A stretch of DNA of 63,251 nucleotides, counting the filler, from Asterionella formosa (taxonomy: Eukaryota): assembly GCA_002256025.1 (NCBI GenBank). It is 11 parts of 11 records of this genome, joined end to end, with 100 filler letters (N's around TTAATTAATTAA, not from the genome) between each part and the next. Parts side by side here need not be neighbours in the genome. Positions count along the whole stretch, not along the records: positions 1 to 24,498 come from NKIB01002241.1; positions 24,599 to 49,035 come from NKIB01002245.1; 9 more parts are not named here. One strand, written 5' to 3'. How positions within the stretch are numbered: position 1 is the stretch's first letter; each line of letters starts with the position of its first letter. Of this stretch, positions 23,658-37,063 are shown piece by piece. The notes below the pieces were generated by a model. It did no database searches and was not told the origin of the DNA. It saw only the letters and a list, made by a program, of their open reading frames with translations. The translations under genes and the position numbers were made by a program.

Positions 23658-24450
23658 TCATTGCTCCGTTGGACAGTACTCCATCTGTACTTTCTTTCTT
23701 TCAATAAGATCAGTTATATAAAAATACTTAATGTTGAATTGTTGCATGCATTTTCCCAAACTTGCTTTTCCATTTTCTTCCAGCTTCATTGAGCTAGTGC
23801 TGTCATGGTAGATCACATTTATAGTCACTTTGTGTCCCTGTGCTTTGATAACCGGTTTTGTCCACAACACACCAACCGATTCTGCTTCAGTCAAACTTCT
23901 CATGATCACTTTCTGTTTCATAGACACAGAACAAAAAATTCCTTTTCCATATGACAATGTAGCTCTGCCAGTACAACTTTTAAAATCCTTGTGGACTGCA
24001 AATGCTGCATCAACATGCCATTTAATGCTCTGACTGTCATCGACACTCATGGAAGTCATTCTGACTTCTTGCTTTCAAGAAATTCATAATTTTGATTAAT
24101 TTTAGTACCCAATTGCCTTCATTTCGTTCAGTAGCTCAGGTTGCCAAAAACATAATTCCTGATTGAATGGCCTGTCTTCCTCGCTTACAAAGGAACATTC
24201 CCTTCATAAGAACAAAAGTATGGAATACCTTTGTTGCCTTATCATCTTCTAGTTTATTCGATTTAGTATCAGCAATCAAACATAAGTCCGAACACAAGAC
24301 GAAGAAAACGAGCGATGGTGCTGAGCAACAACAATGTGACAAAAGACCTGTTTCCATTTCCCAAAATATTAAGTGCTTGCCATATATTTCTCGAACTTTC
24401 AGATGCATCCTTTCTGTGATGACAAGGAGAAACAAAAAATGCCTGCCTGT
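23658..24450 (-). mobile_element. Degraded Ty1/Copia (CoDi-like) RT/RNase H remnant
   Basis: KWHVDAAFAVHKDFKS, SxKQK...SLTEAE, IKYFYITD...YCPTE, KGMFLCKRGR; interrupted by frameshifts. Confidence 0.85.
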
Positions 24451-24542
24451 TTCTTCCAGAGAAACCGGCCCACAACAGAGTCCTTGTTATCTGGAAGCNN
24501 NNNNNNNNNNNNNNNNNNNNNNNNNNNNNNNNNNNNNNNNNN

Positions 24543-24554
24543 TTAATTAATTAA
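24543..24554. other. Artificial contig-joining linker TTAATTAATTAA within N runs (first of ten)
   Basis: Identical N-flanked palindrome with stops in all six frames, also at 49080, 50661, 52241, 53821, 55401, 56981, 58560, 60138 and 61717. Confidence 0.95.
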
Positions 24555-24970
24555 NNNNNNNNNNNNNNNNNNNNNNNNNNNNNNNNNNNNNNNNNNNNCT
24601 AAATGTTCCTGACGTTGAAAAGAGGGAATGAGTTTCTATGTAGCAGCATAAAGAAAATGACATTTTCGGTGGGATGCCTTTTCAAATTGATTTAATTATG
24701 GCCCCAAGTGGCTTCTCTCCAAAAAATAGAAAAGTGTTTTCAGCAAATTGAGCCAAAACGAGATGAGATCTACCGGTAGGCAATCAAAATATACAAGGGC
24801 ATCTACAAAGACTACGGGTATTGTAGCTGTATTGTTATGTGCATCCACATAACCCTAACATTTCATTCATTATACAATGCTACCAAGATTGGTAGTGTAT
24901 ACAAATACTAAAATTCTAGACTGCCGTGCATAAGGCGATAAGGACCCTGGTAGTCTAGCACTACTGCACC

Positions 24971-26471
24971 TCAAGCATATGCAACATTGGTCCCATCGGG
25001 AAAAGAAAAATTGCTTGTTGACCGGCCAGCCATAATGCCGGATTGTATTCTCGATATTTTCCCTGCATCCAAGGCAGTTCTACTATTTCGGGCAGGATGC
25101 CATTCTTCATACCAAGCACTTTGTAACTGATTGAGTTTCATGACCTTTGCGTGAAGGTAAATTGAATATAACAAGAGGAAAATCACCAAGAATATAGATG
25201 CCACCAAACCAAAGATTTGAATAGGTGCGACGGATCTGCTGACCTTGTAGTACTCACGATAATCATTCCAGTTTGAAGTATTGAATTGGAACCCAAGAAC
25301 AATTTCGCCGTACTCGTCGTAGTGGTTTTCGACCAAGGAATCAATGAAGTTGCACACCTTGAGTTCATTTTCTTCCTGCTGATACGACTGTCGAACGATG
25401 GTTGAGTTCAGTTGATACATAATCATGACAATCCAATTCGTCCATGTATATTTTCCATATACTTACAGCATAAGTGGCTCCCTGATCCGCCACATTTAAA
25501 TATCGATTGCACTTGCCAGCCGCGTCGTACAAAACGGTACAAAGGTCATATACACCTTGACCTGCCGCATCATCATCTGGATACAACTCATATACATCCT
25601 TGTTGACGCAGGATATGCAATCACCGCCGTCATAAAATGCCAAACCATTCTTGTCAAATGCCATACCCGTATACTGCTCCAAATCTAGAACGTCACCAAT
25701 ATAATCGAGACAGTCAGCATCACTAAAGATCCCAATTCGAATTGTTTTGCCATTCTTTCCACAGTGGGGTCCAAGGTATGCAACATTGTTGCCCACCTTG
25801 AATTCAGTGCAAGTGAAGAAGTTTTCGTATTGGGTGTTGGACTTCCCATACTCGGAACAGGCAGACTTGTAATTCTCACAAGCAGAATAATATTCACAGG
25901 TTGACAGCGTCTCGCTCGCTGTTGTGCCGTTTGTCCCATTCTGCGACGAGATGTAATCGTCTGTAGAGTTAGTGTCATCGAGCGTTGCCGAAGCCATGCA
26001 GGATATGCATGTCGTGCAATAGTCCTGATAGCGAGAATAATGATAGTCTGCCATTGTCACTAAATATGACTCCATATCAATCATGTATTCACCAAAATTC
26101 TGGGAACATCCGTACTTATTGTAACTGGAACAAAGGTTTGAGTCGCAAAATCGAAACATGACAAACTTGGACAGGGCCAAGACACTTTTGGAGGATGCGT
26201 CTGAGGCAAGCGAGTCGGAAAATGATTTGATGTTTTGACAGCCGATATATTTCAATGCGTACTGGCTGAGATCAAATTCTGAGGTATTGGTGTCGGACAG
26301 TTTGCGTGGAACAGCGTGTGCCATGAGCTTTTGCTGTAGAACTGCCAATGACGGCTTGTTGTGCTGCATAGCAGACTCCATTCGTTTCATGAAGTCTTCC
26401 TTGACATTTTTGGCTGCTGTCCCTTCCGGGAGACTAGAAAGAAGAAAGGCAAGAAGTGGGAATATCATCAT
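24971..26471 (-). CDS. Silicanin-1-like single-pass membrane protein
   Basis: Exons 26471-25467 and 25387-24971. Signal peptide, RKL processing-type motif, Cys-rich luminal domain (YALKYIGC, FVMFRFC, YGC..NFGEYMIDMESYL, YLGPHC, IGIFSDADC), one TM helix and a short cytosolic tail. Confidence 0.75.
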
Positions 26472-27238
26472 CACAATAGTGTCTTGACAAGAAGATGGGC
26501 AAAATTATGTGTGTTTGATTATTGACATGTATACGATGTCGATTTGAAATGGTGTTTGAGCTGGTGCGAGGAAATACCCTGGTACAGTGGCGTGCTGTTT
26601 GCAAAAAAATGCTGAAAGTCTTGCTTTGGTGGTTACTTTCTTTCCACATGATGATCATACCGTTATATTCATCTACCGGTACTGCTTTTTACTTTCCGGT
26701 ATGTGCACAGGTATATGTAAAAAGTCTACCGGGAGGATAATATTTCACATGGAGCTCGTCAAATGTACAGACTCGAACATTGCTCTAGCATGTCACCAAC
26801 TTGAAAAGTGTAGTAAATAGTGATATTTACAAGAAAACAATAGTTTAGCTTTGCTCATCCTTTCCTAAATAGTAAACTACATTGCCTGCATTTTTTGGGG
26901 AGAGAAAAGAGGCACATGGTATTCCTCCTTGAGTTGACATAAACATGCATAGAGACAGCGAGATCTCATGCAAAATGTGAAAACCCTATCTGCAAATAGA
27001 AACCATCACATTTGTATGATACATCTTATGATGATCATCATCTGATCATATTATTTCAAAATATCATGTAATAAGTGCATTAATGATTGTTGTAAATTAA
27101 AAAGTAACTGTTTCGACATCAATATTCAATTTTTATATGTATTGTTACTACCATTACATTCCTGTTTTTAAGTTTCCTCATAGAATTATGTACCGGAAAA
27201 AGTAATGAGTATTTTGGTTCATTATAAGCATCATTGAT

Positions 27239-27278
27239 CAGTTGCTCAGTTGCTCAGTTGCTCAGTTGCTCAGTTGCT
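27239..27278 (+). repeat. Microsatellite (CAGTTGCT)5
   Basis: Five perfect 8-mers read directly. Confidence 0.95.
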
Positions 27279-27495
27279 AAAACAGGAAGGCATTCAGAGT
27301 GCAAAAATTGAAGCCGATCGAATTGACAAGGAGGTGACAAAGGCGGTCTTGTTTGCAGAAAAGCTGGTAGCACTCAAGCTGTATGGATATGGATAGTCTC
27401 CCCAGCCAGTTAGATAGACCTGTGATCTGCCTCATCTTTAGAAAAATCGTGGAATACCCCTCATTCCTCTGTCGCTCCAACAACAGTTGCATCGA
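27279..27495 (+). repeat. Inverted duplicate of a LINE ORF2 fragment
   Basis: Near-identical to the reverse complement of 30176-30390. Translates as EADRIDKEVTKAVLFAEK...YGYG*SPQ. Confidence 0.8.
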
Positions 27496-29559
27496 CATAA
27501 TGTAGATGTTTAATTATATATTAACCATTTTCAAAGCGCATTCTTACTATTCGATTTCTTAAGTTGCCGTCGTTGCACTCCAGCATGGCCCATATTATGA
27601 GGTAGGGCAGTGGAAAGGTTTAGGTGGTTGTCCCTTTGGCACTCTTAATGTGGAAGAATTTTTTTAAAAACATTTTTGGTAGCTTTGCTCTTGGTTTAGT
27701 TCTCTTGCTTTGACTGCACTTCTTATGTCTGCCGGAGAATTGGATGGTGATTGTGAATAAATTGGGTTAAAAACTTCCATTTTTTACCCAATTTTGGTGG
27801 TTCTATTTGAATATCCATAACAATTGGTGATTCCGCCAGGGCTTCCAAATCATTGTTCTTGTCTTTGCCTTCATTGTCTTTGTCATCATAAAATTATTGC
27901 TTTGAGCAGTGCATCCAGCCCTGACGCATTTTCTTCATCATTGATTTCTTTGTTTCTTAGTCTTCTTCTTTACTCTCCTTGCTTGTCAATGTTTCTTAGC
28001 ACATCGCCATTCTTTTATTCTTCTTCTTGCACTGTAATAGCACTCACAGTCATAAAAAGGGTTAAACTTCTTCTTTTCCTTCTTCTTTTCTCTTGTTGTT
28101 GTCTTTGCATGATGGTTCTTCTTATGTTTGCGTTGTGTTGATACTATTGTCATGAATTCTTCAATTGCAATGTTTGTGTCAAAAGCCAAATCGACATCCA
28201 CGCAATTACTATTTTTCAGCGCTCCTATATTAAGCCTTGTCTGCTTTTCCATCTCCTTATCCTCCTCTTTCTGCGTTCTCTTTCTATCGGATTTCATTGT
28301 TACTATTGTATGGTTCTGTCCCCCATGAATGATTTGCTTGTTCTTTCTGTGCTTGTTTGGCCTCTTGGATAGCGCCTTTCGTCATGGCGAATCGGTCGTC
28401 TTTAGAAATTATTAACTATCAGGAACCAGAGTTCCCTGTAGCTTGAATACCACAAAATTTCGTGAACAGCGCTGTAGTCGTACTGTATTAGTCTTTTGTG
28501 CACTCGCCTTTACACATGGAAAAAAAATTTGTTGCTTAATTATTATACATACAAATTATGTTATGTTTGTGAGCATTCCATAGTGATTTCATAAAAGATT
28601 TTGTATTTACAGCACACAATACTATACTCATATTGCTTCCGCTAGTCTATGCAACAATCGATGCCAGAATAGCATTACAAAATCAAGCCAATCATACTAT
28701 ACACCATTTATTATGGAACGTTCCACTAAATAACATCGATAATTAGAACATGTTTCATCCAGAATTCAAACACAATATCACAAGGAGATATAGCTATGAA
28801 ACGACAAGGGAGTACATATTTTTTCAAAGAGTGTTAATGGTTAATTGCACTTTTTGCAGGAAAGTTTCTGAGAATGCACAGCAGGTACTAATTCAGCACT
28901 ACAGTAATTACTAGTTGTATCAATTTCCAATGAAAGTTTGTATTGCCAACTTCTGTTTCGATTTCTTGGTAATAGGTTCATTGTCAATAGACTCAATGAA
29001 TGAATACTAAGAAGGCGAAGATAAACAGGAAATATGTTCACACAAAATCAAAGCAAAGCAAGGAGGTAATTATAAAGCATGCTAGTAGCAAGCAAGTATG
29101 ACTAAAATTGCTTCTAAAGCACTTTTACACTAGAATGGTACAATTGAAATTGTTCCAATCTGTGTTGACCAAACAGGTTGATGGAGTCTTAGTGGTGCCT
29201 CAAATTTGTTCATACTCCCAAATTTGAGCAAACAAAACAATCATAAATTTGAGAGCTATCAAGAATGCATTTTTGCTTTCTTCCCATTGCCACCAGCAAT
29301 CAGTTTTAATAATTTCAAAAATAAATTTTCACCCTCAAAAACGCACTGCATAGTATTTACATTCTATTATGTTGTACAAACTCCCAGTAGATATCAGCAT
29401 GTTTCTACACATTCAAATATCATACATATATGCCAGGTATTAATATATGGAACTATACTGTGATATTATTTATCTGTTTTTTTGCCAGCTGACTACCTAT
29501 GCCAGTAGACATTCATGCTCAGCAGCCAATTTCGCACGATGCATGTACTTACTTGCTAT

Positions 29560-32500
29560 TCTCTCCATCCAATAATAGTTGCATCGATAATTCATTTTTA
29601 CCCAGAGCCATTTGAGTTCTATGATTTGCTTTCTCCAGCCCAATTGCCTGATTGAGCGGCTTGCTCTCCTGAGCTGTAAATCTATTTATATAAAATATAG
29701 TGAACAAAGATTAAAATTGCCAGCTACATTGAAAAACCCGGTTTTCGGCTTTTTCGACTTCCACTTCTTTTGCGCATCTCGAGAAAAATGTAGATGCCTG
29801 CTGACCGGCATTTGGTTTAAAGAAAGCAACTCAAACAAGGACCTGACTGGCTTATGGGGGAGGGGATGAAATAGACGGTCGGCTCATTTTAGAGTGTGGA
29901 AAAGTAAAATATTTGGTTGGAGGGTTCAAAGAAGATAAAAAACTATACACCGCCGTATTTGGAACCACTCGCTTGAATCCTGTTACATTTGTGATAATGA
30001 CATATTTGCATCCCTTTCCCGCGAATTCTCTGATGACTGTCCTCACAAGTACAATTGTGAAGGAATAATAGCATCGATTAGAGATATCCCATCATGTCGT
30101 AAATTAGCAGCTGACCTTGTACTTCCGAAGTCAGCAGTCATAAAAAGAGCTGCTCAGCACTGAGTATTCCGATAATCGATGCAACTGTTGTTGGACAGAG
30201 GGAGGGCCGGGGTATTCCACGATTTTTCGAAAGATGAGGCAGTCCACAGGTCTATCTAACTGGCTGGGGAGACCATTCATATCCAAACAGCTTGAGTGCC
30301 ACCAGCTTTTCTGCAAACAAGACCGCCTTTGTCACCTCCTTGTCAATTCGATCGGCTTCAATTTTTGCACTCTGAATGCCTTCCTGTTTTGCTATAAAGA
30401 CCTCAACTTGGTGCATCTATCGATGATATATTGTGCACGCACATCGAAATGATTATGCACTAATGCTATGTATTATACTAGCTCCACCTGCTTTTTATTC
30501 TACGTGTTTTATGCGCAACGACTTTATTGCCATAGTGGTAAAACAGCATATCTTCCTGAATATCAACATACATTTCACAATGATTCGATAATTATAATCT
30601 GTCTTCATAGGCCAACAAACCTGCTCTGGTGACCGGCGCCATAGAAACCACAAATGATCCAAACATATAAACAATCTTCTTTTTACCCCTCCAATACTAG
30701 GTTTCGATCATTCCGGTATGACCATGTATATTTGCATGCAAATCACTAAGCCCATGTTTTAAAATCATTGCTGCAAAACAATCATCATCCAAGTCCGAGT
30801 TTTTGTCCAACATCAGTAAGACCTCATCTCCCTCGCATTGAAAACCTTGTAGTTGGTCTGGGTAGATAAATCCTTCCAGAATTCCTCTCGTGGTTAAGGT
30901 TTTACATTAGAGCGTTCTTGTCATAACCTCCTCCACTGTTGCATGAAAACTATCTCCATTCCCAATCTGTGCTGGGCGGACCGTTGACTCACTTGATATG
31001 CTGTTGTTACTGTCAGATGACGATTTTCTTAAATGCGAAACCTTTGCCAGAACCACCTTGCTTGTTCCCATGTCCTTATCCTGTACTCGTTGAGTAAGAC
31101 GAAAGCCCAACTATTGGTAGTCATCATGCTGCAACCTCCTCGCTGTAACACATGTGATGTCCTCTCTTTGTATGAGGTAGGTGAAAAGAACAAATTTGTG
31201 AAGCCTGCTTGCATTTTCTTTTCCCATGAATCTCGAAAAACATAATTGCTCCAGTTCACATTTGTCTTACAAATGCCTGTTATGTGATTTTGAAACCTCA
31301 TGATATTATGATGCTGTACTTCTGTGTGAATCGAACTGTATATCGATATGTCATTAACATTTTAAAACATAATCCTAATGTCTGTGGCTGCGGCTTTTTC
31401 CATGCTGTTTCTCCATTTGCCCATATGGATATGTGTCCCCTCCTCTTTTCTATATTGTGTGGTTCTGAGGGTTGCAAGGCACCCTCTGCGTCCTGATGTG
31501 TTTGCAGCCCATACTGAAGAGTATTCCCGGCTTCTAATTGTAAATGCACATTTGATAATAAATTTTCATTCTCTGGTTTGGTACCAGGAATGTCCGGATG
31601 GTCTGTAAGTGACCTCATTTCTTCGGTTGACCGTGGTTTGCTTCACCAGGTCGATATAAGGAAAAGTGGATGGGATGGCTGGAATGATCTGTTGAGTATG
31701 AAACTCTGCCGTCTGACTGTTTTCAATTGATTGTCCTGGAGGGCTGACCAAGAGGATAGGTTGTGGTAGTTTTTTCAATAGCTCCATCATCAGGAGTAAT
31801 GTTCCCTGTATCTCTTTTGTGTGGTCTTCTTGCATTGTAGCAACAATCTCCGCAAGATTCGCCTGGATCTCTTGGTATATAAGAAGATTATCCTGCATTT
31901 GTAACAATTCTGCTCGTATCAATAACATCTCATTCTGGCCATTACTGCGGAGATTCCATGTGTGCTCGGATTGCGTTATCTCAGGCGCGCCTCCGCTGCT
32001 GTTCGTGAAGGTAATTGAGATTGTTTTGTTGTCAATGCTCGCAATCTAGAAACTGCTGCGCTGGTGCCATCGGTAGAATTGATGTTTGTTTCACTAAGCA
32101 AGAAGCTTAGATAATTTGCCCACAAACGGCTCTTTCTTGTGCTAATGCTATCATCACTGCTGCTAGTAGCTACTCAAATCGCTATCAATTGGTTGGCCCC
32201 TAGAACTCAGGCATGATGCGTGCTTTCGTGGTTGCTTGACTTGGTGTCGAGTGTTTGGCTGCTGAAGGTTGCTTGACTTAGTGTCAAGTGTTTGGCTGCT
32301 GAAGAACTGTGGAATACAAAACGTCGATGCTGGTCACTTCTTGTTTACTGTGAGAAGAGCTGCCCTCGGGTCAATTCGATTTCCGAATTGCTTTTGGCTG
32401 AACAGTAAATGCAGGGAATGCCACATCCAATTCAGTAAAGATGTCGTCCAATTTTGTTGTTCCATCCTGTTCATGAACGATTTTTACATCTTGGTATTGT

Positions 32501-32900
32501 TTATCTAAATCGGTGTTGTTACCCATGTGGATAAAAAGATCTGTATCTTTGACTCCTGGAAAAGTATCTTGCACTAAGGTTACGAGGTGATATCTTGCTT
32601 TGCTCATGATTCCAGAGTTGCGTTGTAAACCGGCAAGAATAACTGTGTTTTAATTTGTTCCTTGTGGGACGCACGACAATGTCAAAGACATTTTTACCTT
32701 CATGGTCCATATTTATTTTTAGTATCTCACCGAATGCGGTCTCAAAACCCTGTTTTTCATCGTCGCTCTGATAGTGCACCACCTCTTGGAGCCCTCGCAA
32801 GTTTCTTGGCATAACCACTAGAAGTTGTTTTTTGCATTGTCTGTGCCATATAGTTTCAATAATGCCTCTCACATGGAGGTGTTATCTTCTTTCTTGCACC
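29560..32900 (-). mobile_element. Degraded non-LTR retrotransposon (LINE; ORF1 and endonuclease-region remnants)
   Basis: Broken ORFs. Coiled-coil ORF1-like pieces at 31566-32872, then xTNVNW and QRGG endonuclease-like motifs and IDKEVTKAVLFAEK...GYEWSP, which resembles the region after the endonuclease in LINE ORF2. Boundaries are approximate. Confidence 0.6.
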
Positions 32901-33149
32901 GAATAGTCGTCTAATCGTCTACCGGTACTTCATGTTTCTCCTACTCCTCAGATCATTGATACATCAATTGAGGGTCTAGAGGAGTATGGGGGGGGGGGAA
33001 GAGGAGGAGAAATGCAGTAAAACAGAAGTAGACAACAACAAATCAAAAATCCACCATGATCTCAATCCGATGACGTTCAGCTTGATTTTGATCCAATTGA
33101 TGCAATACATGACATTGAAATGTGTGATGAGATCAATGACGAGCTAGAT

Positions 33150-34300
33150 GAAGAACGTACAGAAGCAACAAAGATGAGTGGTTCCAGGGTAACTGATATT
33201 CATGCTCATTGCTGGAAGGCTGTGCAACTTGAGTTGGAGGTGCACTGGGATACTGAAAATGTCTCCTGGGAATCATTTCATGACTTGAAGCTTGACCATT
33301 TAAAGATGACACCACTATACATTTTAGACAATAATGTCAGTAGCTCCAAACACATGGACAAGGTCATGTAATGGGCAAAGAAAACAGTTCGAGACATCAA
33401 ACGAGCGAGCAGTCCGACGAATTGCAAGATTAGTAGTATGAGCATCATTTTGATGACTGTGATCAGGTTTACACAGTGAGACAAGGCGACATAAGGAAGA
33501 AGAAGCATCCTTATATTAGGAAGCAAATCCTCAAGTATGGCGTTGAGGTCCCACGAAATGTCACCCATGCAATAGCATTGGATGAGGGAACAAGTGGGAA
33601 CCCCACTAAAGATTACGCAAATATTCTTGGCAAAGGCTACCCTGAGCGAAGCATCTGAGGAGGTTGACTGCAACCTACTAGTACCAAAGCCATTGGTTGA
33701 TGAGTTAGACTTAACTGTGTTCTTTGTTGACTCAGATCATGCCCATGATAAGATCAGCACGCAGGTCTGTGACCGGTTTGATTGCATTTGTTGGAAGAAT
33801 GCCTGTATTGTTTATGAGTAAGCGACAAGGAGCAAGTAGTGGAAACATCGACATATGCATGGTGCTGAGTTGTTTTGTGCTGTGCGCATTGCAGTTGAAG
33901 TAACCATATTAGCTATTTGTTCTATGCTATACTACTACTACTCAATGGGAATGCGGGTGGCTCATGCCTAATACCTGTTTGGGGACAACCTTGGAGTTGT
34001 TCAGAATGTAACAATCAAAGATAGCTAGCAGTTTGCTTGTTGAAGAAGAAACATGTTGCCATCTCATATCACAAGGTGGTGAGGGAGGCGGCAGCATGTG
34101 GAATTGTACACCCAGCCAAGATAGATGGAAAGTACAATTTAGCAGATGTACTCACCAAGGTTCAGACTATCAAGGTATTTGCCATGCTAGTTGGGGAGGT
34201 GATGCATGGATAGGCGGGATGAGGAAGGCGGATTTGCGTGTTTTATGCGAGAATAATGGTCAATCAAACTATTGGATTATTGATTGCTTCAAGAGGAGTG
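33150..34300 (+). mobile_element. Degraded Ty1/Copia (CoDi-like) pol remnant
   Basis: VHWDTENVSWE, KYGVEVPRNVTHAIALD, FVDSDHAHD, SKRQ...ETST, GDNLGVVQN, KKKHVAISYHKV, NLADVLTK. Purine tract AAGAGGAG followed by TGTT at ~34291-34302. Confidence 0.85.
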
Positions 34301-34924
34301 TTAAATATGGAAACAAGATTGCTCAGGTTCTCTGGGTCATTGGTGACTTTCCGCTTACTGCAACTGATGAATCAGATATTCATAGTGTTTGATGTGTTCT
34401 AAGCAGTGCTACAACGTGGTTGTACCATATATGTAGATACATACTAACCTAGTAAAAAGTACTGCTGGAATAGCCTCAATTCACAACTTGTTGGATCTAC
34501 CATTACAGCAGGGCACTAACAGGCCAATTTGTCTTTAGATAGCATCTTATGTAGTGGCACTTGTTGACTCTCTGGTATGCTCCAAACTTAGAGCTTACTG
34601 GCACTCCCATCACATGATAGCATGAACGCACAATTACCAACATGCATGATCAGCGGCCGGGATACCGGTATTGGTTAAGGAACTATGATAGTCTTAAGCT
34701 TCCTGCGTCAGCAAGAAGGAGGAAGCACCACCTCGCTCTGGTTCCAGTTGGAGGTACCGGTACCTGGTACCAGGTAACAGGGATTTGGAACTACTACGAT
34801 AGGTACCTGGTACTCGGAATGTTAGCGCACAACTTTGCATAACGACACCATAGGTAACAAAGCGAGAAATCGTTCTACAACAGTACGCACTATCGAACAT
34901 CAGGCAGCTCCATTCACCTTCACG

Positions 34925-36420
34925 ATGATCAGGAACGCCGCCACAAGAGCGTCCGCTCGTCTCTCGAGAGCAAGCACACGCTCACTGTCGCAATCCCCAG
35001 CGACCTTTACCGAAGAGAGAATGGATAAGGATCAGCGATATGCACCAACAACTGCGATTCCAGACAATTTGTTTAAGGAAGGATTCACTTCCCCTTTTTC
35101 CATTCGTGGAAACTCTCGCGAAGGACGAGCTGCGTACTTGGATAACTCCGCCACAACTCCCTTGGATCCTCGCGTCATGGATAAGATGGCCCCCTTTATG
35201 GTACGTTGCGCCCAAGTCTCGTTTTGTTCTTGTTGCTAAATTGGCGGATCCACTTCTAACCCCGTTTCCGGCATCAGATTGGATCCTTTGGAAATCCCCA
35301 CTCCCGAACACACGCCTTTGGCTGGGAAGCCGAACGCGTGGTGGAAGAAGCTCGTGACCAAGTGGCCAACTTGATCGGCGCGTCCGGCAAAGAAATCATC
35401 TTCACGTCGGGGGCAACTGAATCGAACAATCTCAGCATCAAGGGCGCAGCACATTTCTATGGCAAGCGGGGCAAGCATATTATCACCACGCAAATTGAAC
35501 ACAAATGTGTTTTGGACAGCTGCAGATTTTTGGAGCATGAAGGGTATGAAGTGACCTATTTGAAGGTCGAACAACAGACGGGGCGGGTCAATATCGACGA
35601 CCTCAAGGACGCTATTCGAGACGATACAATCTTGGTTAGTATCATGGCAGTCAATAACGAGATTGGAACGCTACAACCCCTCAAGGAAATCGGAGAAATC
35701 TGCCGCTCCAAGAAAATTGTGTTTCATACGGACGCAGCGCAAATGTTTGGCAAGATGCCCATGAATGTAGACGACATGAAGATTGACTTGATGAGCATTA
35801 GCGGCCACAAGATTTACGGACCGAAGGGCGTGGGAGCATTGTATGTCAGACGCCGGCCTCGTATTCGGTTGGAGCCGCTCTTTTCGGGGGGTGGACAGGA
35901 GCGTGGCCTTCGCTCTGGTACGCTGCCGCACTTTTTGTGTGTGGGCTTGGGCGCTGCATGTGAGTTGGCACAAAAGGAAATGGCATATGATTCGGCATGG
36001 ATCAATTACTTAAGTGACAAGTTGTCAAAGGGTATCATGGAAACCATTCCTGAAGTGATTAGGAATGGAGACCCCCACCACAATTATCCCGGATGCTTGA
36101 ATTATTCTTTTGCCTATGTGGAAGGTGAATCCTTGTTAATGGCTTTGAAGAATATTGCTGTGAGTTCAGGATCTGCCTGTACATCTGCGTCCTTAGAGCC
36201 TTCCTACGTCCTACGCGCCCTGGGTGTGGATGATGAATTGGCTCATTCGTCCATAAGATTTGGTATCAGTCGCTTTACAACGGAGGAAGAGGTGGACTTT
36301 GTCTTGGCACTGCTCCAAAAGCACGTGGCGAGGCTTAGAGAAATGAGCCCTCTCTGGGAGATGGTTCAAGAAGGCATTGACTTGAAATCAATTCAATGGA
36401 CTCAGGATCATCACCATTAG
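34925..36420 (+). CDS. NFS1: Cysteine desulfurase, mitochondrial (IscS/Nfs1)
   Basis: Exons 34925-35200 and 35278-36420. [34 protein letters not shown] (PLP lysine), SSGSACTS (catalytic Cys). Arg/Ser-rich mitochondrial presequence. Confidence 0.97.
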
Positions 36421-37063
36421 ACGACGATAGATGTAGCAGTCAAGTGATGAAGACTGCCCACTATGCCTACACATCCTACAAAGCTCCTTAACTCCATATT
36501 ATACATCAACTTGTAAATAAAATACATGGAAACACTTCGCTCATGCCAATAAGCTTAATATTTATTTGTGGATTCGTAGACAACAATATATAATCTAAGA
36601 TAAAATGTGACTATAAGTATGCATATCATTACTTGAGTCAGCTCATCCACGGAGTCGACTATCGTAATCCATTATACAAGACGTCAAGAGGGGACAGACA
36701 GCAACCACGATAGGTGCCGGTTTTATACTGTACATGTAAACATGAACTACACCGGTACTTTCACTGCAGCAGATATTGTCAGTGTACCGTACAGGTTTCG
36801 CCTCAGAAAACGACTATATTTTACCATTGCTCATCCTCTGTCCTAGTATTTGACAGCTATCCTGGTATGAAAATGAAACAGAATACGATCACATAAACCA
36901 AAACCTCACAGTGGCACTACCGATCTGAGAAAAGGAGCAATCAATCAGGTCTATCATTCTGTTGGCACTGTTTCCACTTTGGTGGCTGCTTCTAATATTG
37001 AAGATTGAGATTGAAGGTGTTGTTTACAAATGCGAACCTCTCATTGCCACGAATAACCTGAAT

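Noticed and set aside
27824..28328. Lys-rich or hydrophobic ORFs
   Set aside because: Low-complexity sequence gives spurious ORFs on both strands, with no domain evidence.
27279..30390. Transposon with 215-bp terminal inverted repeats
   Set aside because: The repeat translates as LINE ORF2-like protein and is embedded in a larger LINE remnant; there is only a 3-bp possible TSD.
30340..30390. snRNA with Sm site AATTTTTG
   Set aside because: No other U-snRNA motifs; it is the antisense of LINE coding sequence.
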